From positions 1 to 55,803 of the IMG/VR virus record IMGVR_UViG_3300016472_000794: a stretch of DNA of 55,803 bases. One strand, written 5' to 3'. A program made the position numbers and the translations under genes. Positions 26,633 through 36,017 of the stretch are shown here, one piece after another (position 1 is the stretch's first letter; each line of letters begins with the position of its first letter). The notes below the pieces were generated by a model. That model searched no databases and was not told the origin of the DNA. It saw only the letters and a list, made by a program, of their open reading frames with translations. The stretch is from a virus. Taxonomy: Duplodnaviria; Caudoviricetes.

Positions 26633-27277
26633 ATGCCCGGTGGCGGTTCAAAGCCCGGTGAGCGTCGCGGCGGTCGCAAGAAAGGCACGCCGAACAAGTT
26701 TCCGCGCGCCAAGACGTCACGGGCGAAGCCGGAGCCCGAGGCCAAGTCGACAGTCGCCAAGCCGCTCGGCAAGCGCGCCCAGAAGCTCGCGGCGGATCTC
26801 GCCGCCACCTACACGTCATCGATTGTCTCTCCTGTGGTCGATGGCGTTGCAGCCGGCGCAGAGGCAGCTGCGCTCGGTACTGGCCCCGGGGGGTCGGGTT
26901 TTGCTCCGCCCGGCCCCCCGGAAAGTGTTCCACATGAAACACTGCCACAGCCTGCCGCCCTGGATCGAGGCGATGCCCCCCTTGTGGTGCTGGAGCGCCT
27001 GCTGGTCTGGAGCGTTCGCGAGTTCGAGCGGCTGAACCGGCTCCCCAACGGGATCGAGCGGATCATTGAGGACAGGACCGGGCGTGTGCTTGCCCGCCGG
27101 GACGCCGTGGACTACGCCAAGCTCGCCGTCTCCTTCGCCGAGAAGGCCCTGCCCTATACGGCGCCGCGTCTCGCCACCGTCGATCCGAACAATAGGGGCG
27201 CGGCCACCTCCGTGGTGGTCAAGATTGTCCGCCAGGGCGACGATGAGGAGATTACTGTGGGGGTCCAAGCCGCATGA
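26633..27277 (+). CDS. Terminase small subunit-like protein
   Basis: GGSKPGERRGGRKKGTPNK and ALPYTAPRL motifs; upstream of TerL; AAGGAG RBS. Confidence 0.7.
   Translation: MPGGGSKPGERRGGRKKGTPNKFPRAKTSRAKPEPEAKSTVAKPLGKRAQKLAADLAATYTSSIVSPVVDGVAAGAEAAALGTGPGGSGFAPPGPPESVPHETLPQPAALDRGDAPLVVLERLLVWSVREFERLNRLPNGIERIIEDRTGRVLARRDAVDYAKLAVSFAEKALPYTAPRLATVDPNNRGAATSVVVKIVRQGDDEEITVGVQAA
26926..26941. promoter_or_regulatory. parS-like site inside the small terminase gene
   Basis: TGTTCCACATGAAACA, one mismatch to the consensus TGTTNCACGTGAAACA. Confidence 0.65.
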
Positions 27278-27471
27278 CGCTGCGTGTTGTGATCCGCACC
27301 CTGCCCGATGGGGCAACCGAGTTGCTGCTCCGCGAGGGCGAGGGCCCGGAGATGGTCGAGGTGCGCGCCCAGCACCGCGTGATGCGCGAGGCGCGCGAGC
27401 GCCTGATCTCCGCCGCGGTGGGGTGCGGGTTTGATGAGGCGCGCGTGCGCGCGCTGGTGAACCCCGCATAG
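27274..27471 (+). CDS. Hypothetical protein
   Basis: ATGA-coupled, 65 aa. Confidence 0.5.
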   Translation: MTLRVVIRTLPDGATELLLREGEGPEMVEVRAQHRVMREARERLISAAVGCGFDEARVRALVNPA

Positions 27472-27505
27472 AATGCGCTTGCGCAGTCCGAGATGGAGGT
27501 GACGC

Positions 27506-28195
27506 ATGAACAGCAACGGCGCCCTGACTGCGGTGCGCAAGATCCTGCAGGGCATCAATCCCGACACCTTCCTGCGGGCGCCGCCGGAGGTCTGGGCGAA
27601 CATCCGCGGAAATTTCAGGCAGATTGGGTCAGGCGCGGCGAAGACGGTCTACGAGACGCCCATCGCGCCCCATCTGGTTTTTGTCGACACGGGCCCGCAT
27701 CAGGGCCAGGATCTGTTTCGCGCTTTCGCCCGCGACATCCATGCGAGCGGCGATCCGCTGGCGAAACACTTCCCGAAGATCATGGACGAGGTGCAGCTCA
27801 GCCCCTCTTGGATTCGCTACGCCACGGAGCGCCTTGAGCGAGGGAACGGTGTCAGGTCGCGCTCATTTCGGCTCGATCCGAACGGCGACAATGTCCTTGG
27901 CATCGACCCGACCCACCCGCAGTTCACGTCTCTGAACCAGGCGCTGCTGGAGATGGATCGCTATATGGAGCCCCGCGGCTGGGGGTCATCGCGCGGCTAC
28001 GACCTGCATTCGGCCAACTTCATGCGTCGTCCGCCCGGGCCAGAGGAGTTCTACAGCGGCGCGCCGCGCGATCCTGATGGGACCATCGTCATCAACGATC
28101 CGGTGTACTCCGTGCTGCTGGGTCTGGGCGGCGCCGGGGCGCTCGGCGCTGCGGCGAGGCAGCGTGACGGCGGCGGAGCGCGGGCCCGGGCGTGA
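27506..28195 (+). CDS. Protein kinase-like (T7 gp0.7-like), tagged-cargo family
   Basis: IGSGAAKTVY, HFPKI, ERL, DLHSANFM, IVINDPV motifs; terminal tags GALTAVRK and LGGAGALGAAARQR. Confidence 0.75.
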   Translation: MNSNGALTAVRKILQGINPDTFLRAPPEVWANIRGNFRQIGSGAAKTVYETPIAPHLVFVDTGPHQGQDLFRAFARDIHASGDPLAKHFPKIMDEVQLSPSWIRYATERLERGNGVRSRSFRLDPNGDNVLGIDPTHPQFTSLNQALLEMDRYMEPRGWGSSRGYDLHSANFMRRPPGPEEFYSGAPRDPDGTIVINDPVYSVLLGLGGAGALGAAARQRDGGGARARA

Positions 28196-29568
28196 CGCTC
28201 GAAATCACGATCCCCACACGACCCGCCCGCCCCTACCAGCGTAAGTTCTGGCGCTACATGGAGGGTGGCGGCAAGAACGCGTTCCTGGTCTGGCCGCGCC
28301 GACACGGCAAGGACGAGGCGGCGATGGCGTGGACCGCCGCCGACGCCATGCAGCACCCCGGAAACTACTGGCACTGCCTGCCGGAGTACGAGCAGGCGCG
28401 CAAGGCGCTCTGGGACGGCATTGACGCCAAGACCGGCATGCGGCGTCTCGACCAGATCTTCCCGCCCGAGATCGTCACGCGCCGGCGCGACAAGGACATG
28501 ATGCTGGAGCTGACCAGCGGTTCGACCTGGCAGCTCATTGGGTCGGATCGCTACAACCAGCTCGTCGGCGCCGGCCCGCGCGGTCTGGTGATGAGCGAAT
28601 ATGCGCTGAGCCACCCTGCGGCTTGGGCCTATTTCCGGCCGATGCTGCTCGACAGCGGCGGGTGGGCGATCTTCAACACCACGCCGCGCGGTCGCAACCA
28701 TGCCTACAAGCTCTTCCACGAGCACCAAGATGACCCGGAATGGTTCTGCGAACGCCTGACGGCGAACCAGTGCGGCGTCTTCACCGAGCAGGAACTGGAA
28801 CGCGAGCGGCGCGAATACCAGCTGGAGCTGGGCGTCGACGACGGCGACGCAAAGTTCAGGCAGGAGTATCTGTGCGACTGGAACGCGGCCATCGTCGGCG
28901 CCTATTATGCGCGCGAGATGGCGGCTGCGGAGAACGAAGGCCGTATCTGCGACGTCGCCTATGACCCCGGCCTTCCCGTCTACACCGGCTGGGACCTGGG
29001 TCGTCACGACAGCACCACGATCTGGTTCGTGCAGCGGTGCGGCGGCCAGATCCGGGTGATTGACTGCGAGACCGCAACCGGGGTCGGTCTGGACGCCTAC
29101 GCCAAGCTCCTGAAGGACAAGCCGTACGTGTACGCCACGCACTACTGGCCTCACGACGGCGCCCAAGGCGATGTTGGCATCATCGGGGGGCGCACGCGCG
29201 TCGAGGTCATGCGCGGCCTGGGCGTGACCCCTATCGAGGTGCTTGACCGAGAGCTGGACGGGATCGCCGACGGCATTCAGGCGGTGCGCCGCATCCTGCC
29301 GCGCTGCTTCTTCGACCGCACCCGCTGCAAGCTGGGGATCGACGCCCTGATCCAGTACCAGCGCAAGTGGGACGACAACGCCAAGACGTTCGCCAACACG
29401 CCCATGCGGAACTGGGCGACTCACTTCGCCGACGGCTTCCGGACCCTGGCCATGGGGCTGCCGACGCAATTCATCCCCGCCCCTGCGCAGGGTGAGTCCG
29501 ATCCGCGCTATAAATCGAGGGGTCGTGGCTCCAGGCGCGGGGGTTCTTCGTCGCGCTGGGCATTCTGA
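28192..29568 (+). CDS. terL: Terminase large subunit
   Basis: WPRRHGKD, SEYAL, NTTPRGRNH, WDLG..DST, HFADGFR. Confidence 0.95.
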   Translation: MTLEITIPTRPARPYQRKFWRYMEGGGKNAFLVWPRRHGKDEAAMAWTAADAMQHPGNYWHCLPEYEQARKALWDGIDAKTGMRRLDQIFPPEIVTRRRDKDMMLELTSGSTWQLIGSDRYNQLVGAGPRGLVMSEYALSHPAAWAYFRPMLLDSGGWAIFNTTPRGRNHAYKLFHEHQDDPEWFCERLTANQCGVFTEQELERERREYQLELGVDDGDAKFRQEYLCDWNAAIVGAYYAREMAAAENEGRICDVAYDPGLPVYTGWDLGRHDSTTIWFVQRCGGQIRVIDCETATGVGLDAYAKLLKDKPYVYATHYWPHDGAQGDVGIIGGRTRVEVMRGLGVTPIEVLDRELDGIADGIQAVRRILPRCFFDRTRCKLGIDALIQYQRKWDDNAKTFANTPMRNWATHFADGFRTLAMGLPTQFIPAPAQGESDPRYKSRGRGSRRGGSSSRWAF

Positions 29569-29577
29569 GAGGCGTCG

Positions 29578-30096
29578 ATGCCGGTTCCGCTGGACATCCT
29601 TGGTCGGTTCGTGGTGGCGCGGCGGGAATCCGGCGTGCTGGTCGAGGCGGACGATCTCGCCCGCAGCGCATCGGCCACGTTCACGCCGGCGGCCACCTCG
29701 CATCTGGCGGGAGACGTGGTGGGCGGCGCCCGGGAGTTCCAGCTCGCCGCACCGACCGGCCGCCTTTTCCAGATCGACACCGTCTCGCTGCTCATCAACA
29801 ACGCGACCATCGAAACCACGGCCTGGGCGCTGCATCTCTACTCCGTGACGCCGCCGTCTGCCCTGGCTGACGATGCTGCGTTCGATGTGCCGGCTGGCGA
29901 CCAGGCGTCCTATCTGGGATCGATTGCGATCCCGCAGGTAGTCGATCTGGGGTCGACGCTGTGGATTGAGAGCCACAACATCGGCAAGAAGGTGAAGCTC
30001 GCCGGGACCAGCGTATTTGGCTATCTGGTCAACGGCACGACACTGACCCCGGGCGCGGTGGCGCACATTGTCACGATTGCGGGCAGACCCATCTGA
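29578..30096 (+). CDS. Putative virion structural protein (beta-rich)
   Basis: Between terL and portal; Thr/Ala-rich beta pattern. Confidence 0.55.
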   Translation: MPVPLDILGRFVVARRESGVLVEADDLARSASATFTPAATSHLAGDVVGGAREFQLAAPTGRLFQIDTVSLLINNATIETTAWALHLYSVTPPSALADDAAFDVPAGDQASYLGSIAIPQVVDLGSTLWIESHNIGKKVKLAGTSVFGYLVNGTTLTPGAVAHIVTIAGRPI

Positions 30097-32483
30097 TGCA
30101 GTACGGACCTGCGTCCGATTCCGTGGCCATGGTGACGCGCGAGCAGCTCGGCGCGGAGTCCCTGCTTGAAAAGCTGAACGCGTTCGACACCGCGCTCGAT
30201 GCGCACTGGAGCCGCTGGTATCCCCGAGCGCGCGAATGGTACGCCTTGCATGCTGGCGATCAGTGGGATCGCGAGGCCAGGCTGGAGCTGGAGGCCAAGA
30301 AGCGCAACCCGGTCGTGATGAACAGGGTGGACGCGATGGTGTCCGCGATCTCCGGCGCCGAGATTTCGAACCGCCAGACCGTTCGCTTTGCTCCACGCGA
30401 ACCGGGCGATGTGGTGGTCAATGAGCTTCTGACTGGCGCGGCCGACTGGGCCCGCGATCAGTGCGATGCGCAGGATGAGGAGAGCCAAGGCTTTCGCGAT
30501 TGCCTCATCTGCGGGCTTGGCTCGCTTGAGCAGTCCATGAACTATCTGGAGGACCCGGAGGGCATGCTGGCGGTTGACCGTCGCGATCCCCTGGAGTTCG
30601 CCATTGACCCGTCGGCGCGCAAGAGCAATTACGTCGACGCCAACTATCTGCGTCGGAAGCGCCGCATCAACAGGGACGAGAAGCGCAAGTTCTTCCCGCG
30701 GCTGTGCGAGCAGGGTTCGAGCGGCGCCGGCTACTATGGCGGGCAGCACACGCGCCCCCTCCCCGGGCGCGCCTATTCCGGCAAGGACGGGTGGGAGGAG
30801 GCGCCGGTTCCTCCCGATCAGGAGGAGATCATCGAGTATCAGTGGCGCGAGGTTGAGCGCTGCGTGCTCGTCATCAACCCGGCGAACGGCGAAAAGGTCG
30901 TTCTGAAGCCGCAGGACGTCGCCCGCTTCGCCATGGCCGGTGTCGACCCCATCGCCGACCTTGGCGGCATGGAGATCATGCAGTGGGTCTGGTGGCGGGC
31001 GTTCCGCTCCGGCGATCACTGCATCAAGGAGCCCCTGCCAGACGACGAGTTCACCTACAAGTTCATCACCGGCAAGATCGACCACAACACGGGCCTTCCC
31101 TACGGCACCGTCCGTGCGATGGTCGATCCCCAGCGCTGGTCGAACAAGTTTCTCGCCCAGATCGATTTCATCATCTCCTCGAACGCCAAGGGCGGCATTC
31201 TCTATGAGGCCGACGCGTTCGAAGATCCGCGCGAGGCGGAGGAGCGCTGGGCTGAAGGCGACTCGATGATCGAGACCACGCCTGGCGCGGTTTCGAAGGG
31301 CAAGATCACCAACAAGCCGGTGCCGCCCTATCCGCAGGGCATCGACCGGCTTTTCCAGATCGCGACCGCCGCCCTCCCCGAGGTCGTGGGCGTCAACAAG
31401 GAGATGCTCGGCATCGCCGACCAGGCGCAGGCCGGCGTGCTGGAGTACCAGCGCAAGCAGGCCGCCTACGGCGTGCTTTCGGTGTTCTTCGATAGCATGA
31501 AGCGTTACCGCAAGCTGGCGGGCCGCCACATGCTGAAGCTCATCGCCAAGTACATGAGCGACGGACGCCTGATCCGCATCACCAACCCGAAGAGCGGCCA
31601 GCAGCAGTATGTCCCGCTGATGCACCAGAGCGACATCGCCAAGTTCGACGTGATCGTCGACGAGGCGGCGGCCGGCCCGAACCAGAAGGAGCGGGTGTGG
31701 CAGATGCTCTTAGGCCTGGGTCAGGTGATGCAGTCGCTGCAGCAGCTCCCGCCGGACATGATCGTCTCGATCATGGAGTACAGCCCCCTGCCCGCCTCGC
31801 TGGTGGACAAGCTGCGCGAGCTGATCGCCAAGGGCCAGAACGACCCGAACGCCCAGGCCATGCAGCAGCAGATGCAGCAGCTTCAGTTCGCCGGCCAGCA
31901 GGCCCAGGTGCAGAAGCTGCAGGGCGAGGCGGCCGAGGCGAACGCGCGCGCGCAGAAGGTGCTCGCGGAGGCGCAGGTGGTCATGCCGCGCCTGCAGATT
32001 GAGGCGGCCAAGGCCAAGACCGAGGTCGAGGTGCAGCAGCAGCGGATGGGGCTCGACTTCACGCGCCTGCAGGCTGACGTGGGCTTGCGGATGATCGATC
32101 AGCGCCACGCCGCCACCCAGCACGAGGACAGCCGCGCCGACGCGCGCGAGGCGCGCCTGCAGGATCGCGAGGACGGCATGCGAAGCCTCCGCTCTCCGAC
32201 CGGGGCGATTGGTTCCGGCAAGACTGCCAACAGCGAGCAGGCCCTGCTCTATGTGCTGTCGGGCGTCGCGCAGACCAATCAGGGCGTCGCCGAGGCCATG
32301 ACCAAGGTGGCCGAGGCGATGAGCGCGCCCACCGAGATCATCCGTGATGCGCAGGGCCGCACGGCCGGCGCGCGCAAGGTGCTGCCCTCCCGTGAGCGCG
32401 GCGATCCCGATCCCGAGCCGCTGGCGCCGCCGCAACCGGCGCTGACGCCCTCGCCCATTGCCGAGAGCGCGCCGCCCGCATAG
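30096..32483 (+). CDS. Portal protein (P22-like) with C-terminal coiled-coil barrel
   Basis: GDQW, P.V.NRV, YGTVRAMVDPQRW.NK, KFDVIVDE, long Gln-rich helix. Confidence 0.92.
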   Translation: MQYGPASDSVAMVTREQLGAESLLEKLNAFDTALDAHWSRWYPRAREWYALHAGDQWDREARLELEAKKRNPVVMNRVDAMVSAISGAEISNRQTVRFAPREPGDVVVNELLTGAADWARDQCDAQDEESQGFRDCLICGLGSLEQSMNYLEDPEGMLAVDRRDPLEFAIDPSARKSNYVDANYLRRKRRINRDEKRKFFPRLCEQGSSGAGYYGGQHTRPLPGRAYSGKDGWEEAPVPPDQEEIIEYQWREVERCVLVINPANGEKVVLKPQDVARFAMAGVDPIADLGGMEIMQWVWWRAFRSGDHCIKEPLPDDEFTYKFITGKIDHNTGLPYGTVRAMVDPQRWSNKFLAQIDFIISSNAKGGILYEADAFEDPREAEERWAEGDSMIETTPGAVSKGKITNKPVPPYPQGIDRLFQIATAALPEVVGVNKEMLGIADQAQAGVLEYQRKQAAYGVLSVFFDSMKRYRKLAGRHMLKLIAKYMSDGRLIRITNPKSGQQQYVPLMHQSDIAKFDVIVDEAAAGPNQKERVWQMLLGLGQVMQSLQQLPPDMIVSIMEYSPLPASLVDKLRELIAKGQNDPNAQAMQQQMQQLQFAGQQAQVQKLQGEAAEANARAQKVLAEAQVVMPRLQIEAAKAKTEVEVQQQRMGLDFTRLQADVGLRMIDQRHAATQHEDSRADAREARLQDREDGMRSLRSPTGAIGSGKTANSEQALLYVLSGVAQTNQGVAEAMTKVAEAMSAPTEIIRDAQGRTAGARKVLPSRERGDPDPEPLAPPQPALTPSPIAESAPPA

Positions 32484-32519
32484 GCTGCGGTATAACCGAG
32501 TGAACCCAAGGACCATCGC

Positions 32520-33071
32520 ATGGACATGAAAGTCATCCGCCTCGCGCCAACGCTGATCGAGCTGCGTCTCGGCGGCGAGCCCATCGCCCGCGCCGAAGCC
32601 GGCCCGCTTCTGGTGGAGGTCGACAAGGCGACGCCCGAGCTTCTCTCCGACGAGAACACGGCGCCCTACTATCACCGCGGCGGCTTCGACAAGTTCGGCC
32701 GCCTCATCGTCATCGACGAGTACGAGGGCGACGTCTACGGGCCCAACCGCGTCGACGGGTTCGGCAATGAGCTTCCCAACAGCGGCCCGCTGCTCCAGCG
32801 CGGCTCCGGCGCGAAGGTGAAGGACGGCCAGCCGTTCGCCTACCTCGACCGCTACGCCGATCCGGTCTGGCACATCTACGAGTTCTGCACCGAGGAGTGG
32901 ACCGGCCCGAACACGCTGGTGGTCGACGAGGCCGGCGAGCCGGTGCTCGACGCCGACGGCAAGCTGACGGTGGTGCTGGGGCCGGCGTGGCGTCGCCGTG
33001 GCTGGCGCGCAACCGAGGGCGAGGCCGTGGCTGTCGCCGCCAACATCGTCGCAACCCGCGCCGGGAGCTGA
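32520..33071 (+). CDS. Hypothetical protein
   Basis: AAGGA RBS; strong GC3 bias. Confidence 0.65.
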   Translation: MDMKVIRLAPTLIELRLGGEPIARAEAGPLLVEVDKATPELLSDENTAPYYHRGGFDKFGRLIVIDEYEGDVYGPNRVDGFGNELPNSGPLLQRGSGAKVKDGQPFAYLDRYADPVWHIYEFCTEEWTGPNTLVVDEAGEPVLDADGKLTVVLGPAWRRRGWRATEGEAVAVAANIVATRAGS

Positions 33072-33074
33072 TCC

Positions 33075-33443
33075 ATGCCCTTCATGAGCGACACCGCACT
33101 GGACGCGCTGCTGACCCAGCTCGCCAACGCCACGCGGCTCGACATCTGCTCGCAGGAGCCGACGACCTACACCGAGGCGACGAGCACCTACACGCGCGGC
33201 AACAAGACGTCGATCACCATCGGCGCGGCGGCCGACCGCACGCCGAACGGTCGCAAGCGCACGGTCTCGGCGATCACTGGCGGCTCGGTCACCTCGACCG
33301 GGACCGCCTCGCACTATGCGCTGACGCAGGTGACCGGCTCGGTGCTCTGGGTCACGGCGGCGTTGAGCGCGTCGCAGTCGGTGACCAACGGCAACACGTT
33401 CTCGACGTCTGCGTTCGACCTGAACGTCCCCGACGCGACCTAG
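33075..33443 (+). CDS. Small virion structural protein (fibre-associated)
   Basis: LDICSQEPTTY.EA...GRKRTV...GTASHYAL pattern; precedes the repeat-fibre gene. Confidence 0.65.
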   Translation: MPFMSDTALDALLTQLANATRLDICSQEPTTYTEATSTYTRGNKTSITIGAAADRTPNGRKRTVSAITGGSVTSTGTASHYALTQVTGSVLWVTAALSASQSVTNGNTFSTSAFDLNVPDAT

Positions 33444-33466
33444 GTCGCCGCTCATAGGGGCGCGCC

Positions 33467-35572
33467 ATGCCGACCCAGACAGATACCTATAACTCGGGGT
33501 CTGGCACAGCGACCGCGCCGGCGGGGACCACCTCCGTTGAAATCCGCGTTTCGGGCGGCGGCGGCGGCGGCGGTTGGCGCAACTCGTCGTCGGCGGTTGG
33601 CCGCGGCGGCGGCGGCGGCGGTTACGTCGTCAAGACGGTGACCTGCGCCGCCGGCAACACGATCCAGTATAATTGCTCATCCAACGGCGGGACGGGCGCG
33701 GCCGGCGCGGCGCCCGGTTCGGCCGGCAGCGTGGGCGCAACCGCCACGGTCAACACCGGCACTGGCGGTCTGGCGGGGATCAGCCTGTCCGCTGGCGGCG
33801 GCGGCGGCGGCTCAGCGACGACCGGCACGTCGTCTGGCGGCGCGGCCAGCGGCGGCGACACCAACACCGCCGGCTCCAGCACGATCACGATCAACGGCGG
33901 CGCCGGCGGCAACGGCAACGCCGGCGGCCTTGGCACGAACATCAGCACGGCCACGCCCGCGACTGCAGCCACGTCCCCGTCTGGCGGCGGCGGTGGCGGC
34001 GAGAACAGCGTCGGCGCCCCGACCAGTGGCGGCGCCAGCCGGATCGTCTTCATCTGGACCTACACCGCCGACACCGCCTGCACGCCGAACGGCGTCACCG
34101 CCTCCCCCACTGTCGGCACGACCACGCTGACGCAGGACCACGCGCTAACCCCGAACGCGGTCAGCGCCGCGCCGACCATCGGCACGACGACCCTGACGCA
34201 GGACTATGTGACTGCGCCGAACGGCGTCACTGCGTCGCCGACCATCGGCACGACGACCCTGACGCAGGACCATGTGACTGCGCCGAACGGCGTCACTGCG
34301 TCGCCGACGGTCGACACGACGACGCTCACGCAGGACCATGCGCTCGCCCCGAACGGCGTGAGTGCGGCGCCGACGCTCGACACCGCCGCGCTGACCCAAG
34401 ACCACGTTCTTGCGCCGAACGGCGTTGCGGCCTCGCCCGCCATCGACACCGCGACCCTGACGCAGGACCATGCGCTCGCCCCGAATGGTGTCAGTGCGTC
34501 ACCAGTTCTGGACACCGCGACGCTGACGCAGGACCACGTCCTTGCGCCCTCCGGCGTCACCGCATCCCCCGCGCTGGACACCGCAGCCCTGACGCAGGAC
34601 CACGCACTGGTCCCCTCCGGCGTGTCGACCGGCCCGGCGCTCGATGCCGCTTCGCTCGCGCAAGACCACGCACTGGTCCCCTCCGGCGTCGCGGCCTCGC
34701 CAACCCCCGACGCGGCGGCTCTCTCCCAAGATCACGCGCTCGCGCCCTCGGGCGTCAGTGCGTCGCCGTCGCCCGGCGCGACGACCCTGACGCAAGACCA
34801 CGCACTGGCGCCCTCCGGCGTCGCGGCCTCGCCGGTCGCCGATCAGGCGGTGCTGGCGCAGGACCATGTTCTGGCGCTCGCGGATGTGTCGGCGGCTCCG
34901 GTCGCCGGCCAGCCGACTGCATCTCTCGACGGGGCCGTCACGCCCGGCGATGTGTCCGCCGCGCCCTCGCTCGACGCCACTGCGCTGACGCAGGATCACG
35001 CGCTCGTTCCCGGGGGCGTCACCGCCTCGCCCACCGCCGACACGGTGACGGTTGAGGAGGTCGCGGCCCGCCGCCGAGGTCGCGTGCGCTCCTCGCGCAC
35101 CGTCAAACTCCGCCAGATCGAGGAGGAGCGCGCCCGCGAGCGCGCCGCCGCAGAGCGGGCGGCGGCTCCCGAGCCGGCGCAGTCGACGACGGATCTGGCG
35201 GTCCAGCGTCTCAGCCTGGAGGCGCTCTCCGGCGTTCGCCGCCGGCGTCTGCAGGCCTTTCTGCGCGCCCTTGAGGCGGAATCCCGCCAGGCGGATCTCG
35301 ACGCCTATCTGGCGGAGCTGGACTATGCGGCGCTCGCCGCCCGGGAGGCGGATGCGGCGCGCGTGCGGGCGGCGTCCGAGGCCGTGGTTTCGCTGGCGCG
35401 GTCGGTCGAGGTCATGCGCGGCGCCATCGACGCCGAATATGCCCGGCAGGCTGAACTGGCGGCGGCTGTGATACACTCCCTCGTCAGCGCGCAGGCGGCG
35501 ATTGAGGCGGAGATCCGCGCCCGCGACGAGGATGACGACGAGGCCGCGGCGCTTCTATTGCTGGCCGCGTGA
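33467..35572 (+). CDS. Putative head fibre: Gly-rich tip, 22-aa repeat stalk, helical anchor
   Basis: N-terminal domain paralogous to 3026-3652; about 15 TQDH repeats; C-terminal EDDDEAAALLLLAA. Confidence 0.7.
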   Translation: MPTQTDTYNSGSGTATAPAGTTSVEIRVSGGGGGGGWRNSSSAVGRGGGGGGYVVKTVTCAAGNTIQYNCSSNGGTGAAGAAPGSAGSVGATATVNTGTGGLAGISLSAGGGGGGSATTGTSSGGAASGGDTNTAGSSTITINGGAGGNGNAGGLGTNISTATPATAATSPSGGGGGGENSVGAPTSGGASRIVFIWTYTADTACTPNGVTASPTVGTTTLTQDHALTPNAVSAAPTIGTTTLTQDYVTAPNGVTASPTIGTTTLTQDHVTAPNGVTASPTVDTTTLTQDHALAPNGVSAAPTLDTAALTQDHVLAPNGVAASPAIDTATLTQDHALAPNGVSASPVLDTATLTQDHVLAPSGVTASPALDTAALTQDHALVPSGVSTGPALDAASLAQDHALVPSGVAASPTPDAAALSQDHALAPSGVSASPSPGATTLTQDHALAPSGVAASPVADQAVLAQDHVLALADVSAAPVAGQPTASLDGAVTPGDVSAAPSLDATALTQDHALVPGGVTASPTADTVTVEEVAARRRGRVRSSRTVKLRQIEEERARERAAAERAAAPEPAQSTTDLAVQRLSLEALSGVRRRRLQAFLRALEAESRQADLDAYLAELDYAALAAREADAARVRAASEAVVSLARSVEVMRGAIDAEYARQAELAAAVIHSLVSAQAAIEAEIRARDEDDDEAAALLLLAA
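34075..35060 (+). repeat. About 15 tandem degenerate 66-bp coding repeats
   Basis: ctgacgcaggacca recurs with a 66-bp period; unit ALAPNGVSASPTLDTATLTQDH. Confidence 0.95.
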
Positions 35573-35582
35573 GGAGGATGCG

Positions 35583-36017
35583 ATGCAGCAGATGAGCGAA
35601 GGCGCGCTGGCGGCGTTGCGCCGAGCAATGGGCATGTATGGCCCGCAGAGCGGCGACTCTGCGGCGGGGCCTTCGCTGGACGCCGGCGTCAATCGCGATC
35701 CGATGCGCGCAAATCCGGTCTATGGCGCCCAAGAACCGCTCCTTCCCCCGTCAGCTCCCGCTCCTTCCCCCGCCGCGCCCTCACCCGCCTCCCCGTCGGC
35801 GCTTGCGTCTCCGGCTCAGCCGGCGCTGAACCGCACGGCCTTCGACCCTGCCGACCCGGTGGTTGCCCGCGCCGGCCGCATTCTGCAGGAGGCGCGCCGC
35901 ATGGGCGACGTCTCGGCGACCACGCTGCAGACCCTGGTCGACGAGCTGTTCTCTTACCTGCCCGAGCCCCAGCGCAAGGCGATCACCTACCGCGCCATTG
36001 AGATGGCCGTTGGTTGA
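35583..36017 (+). CDS. Hypothetical protein, tagged-cargo family (N-terminal tag)
   Basis: GAGGAGG RBS; begins MQQMSEGALAALRRAMG. Confidence 0.65.
   Translation: MQQMSEGALAALRRAMGMYGPQSGDSAAGPSLDAGVNRDPMRANPVYGAQEPLLPPSAPAPSPAAPSPASPSALASPAQPALNRTAFDPADPVVARAGRILQEARRMGDVSATTLQTLVDELFSYLPEPQRKAITYRAIEMAVG

Noticed and set aside
28051-30396. 781-aa minus-strand ORF and similar long ORFs (1449-2897 full length, 9761-11065, 30021-31625, 31710-33455, 38580-40274, 40359-41750, 43838-45190, 50851-52110)
   Set aside because: They are antisense shadows of well-supported genes in high-GC DNA, with no motifs and Arg/Gly-skewed composition.
34075-35060. Regularly spaced repeats resembling a CRISPR array
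   Set aside because: The 66-bp units are in-frame, degenerate coding repeats with no unique spacers, and no cas genes are present.
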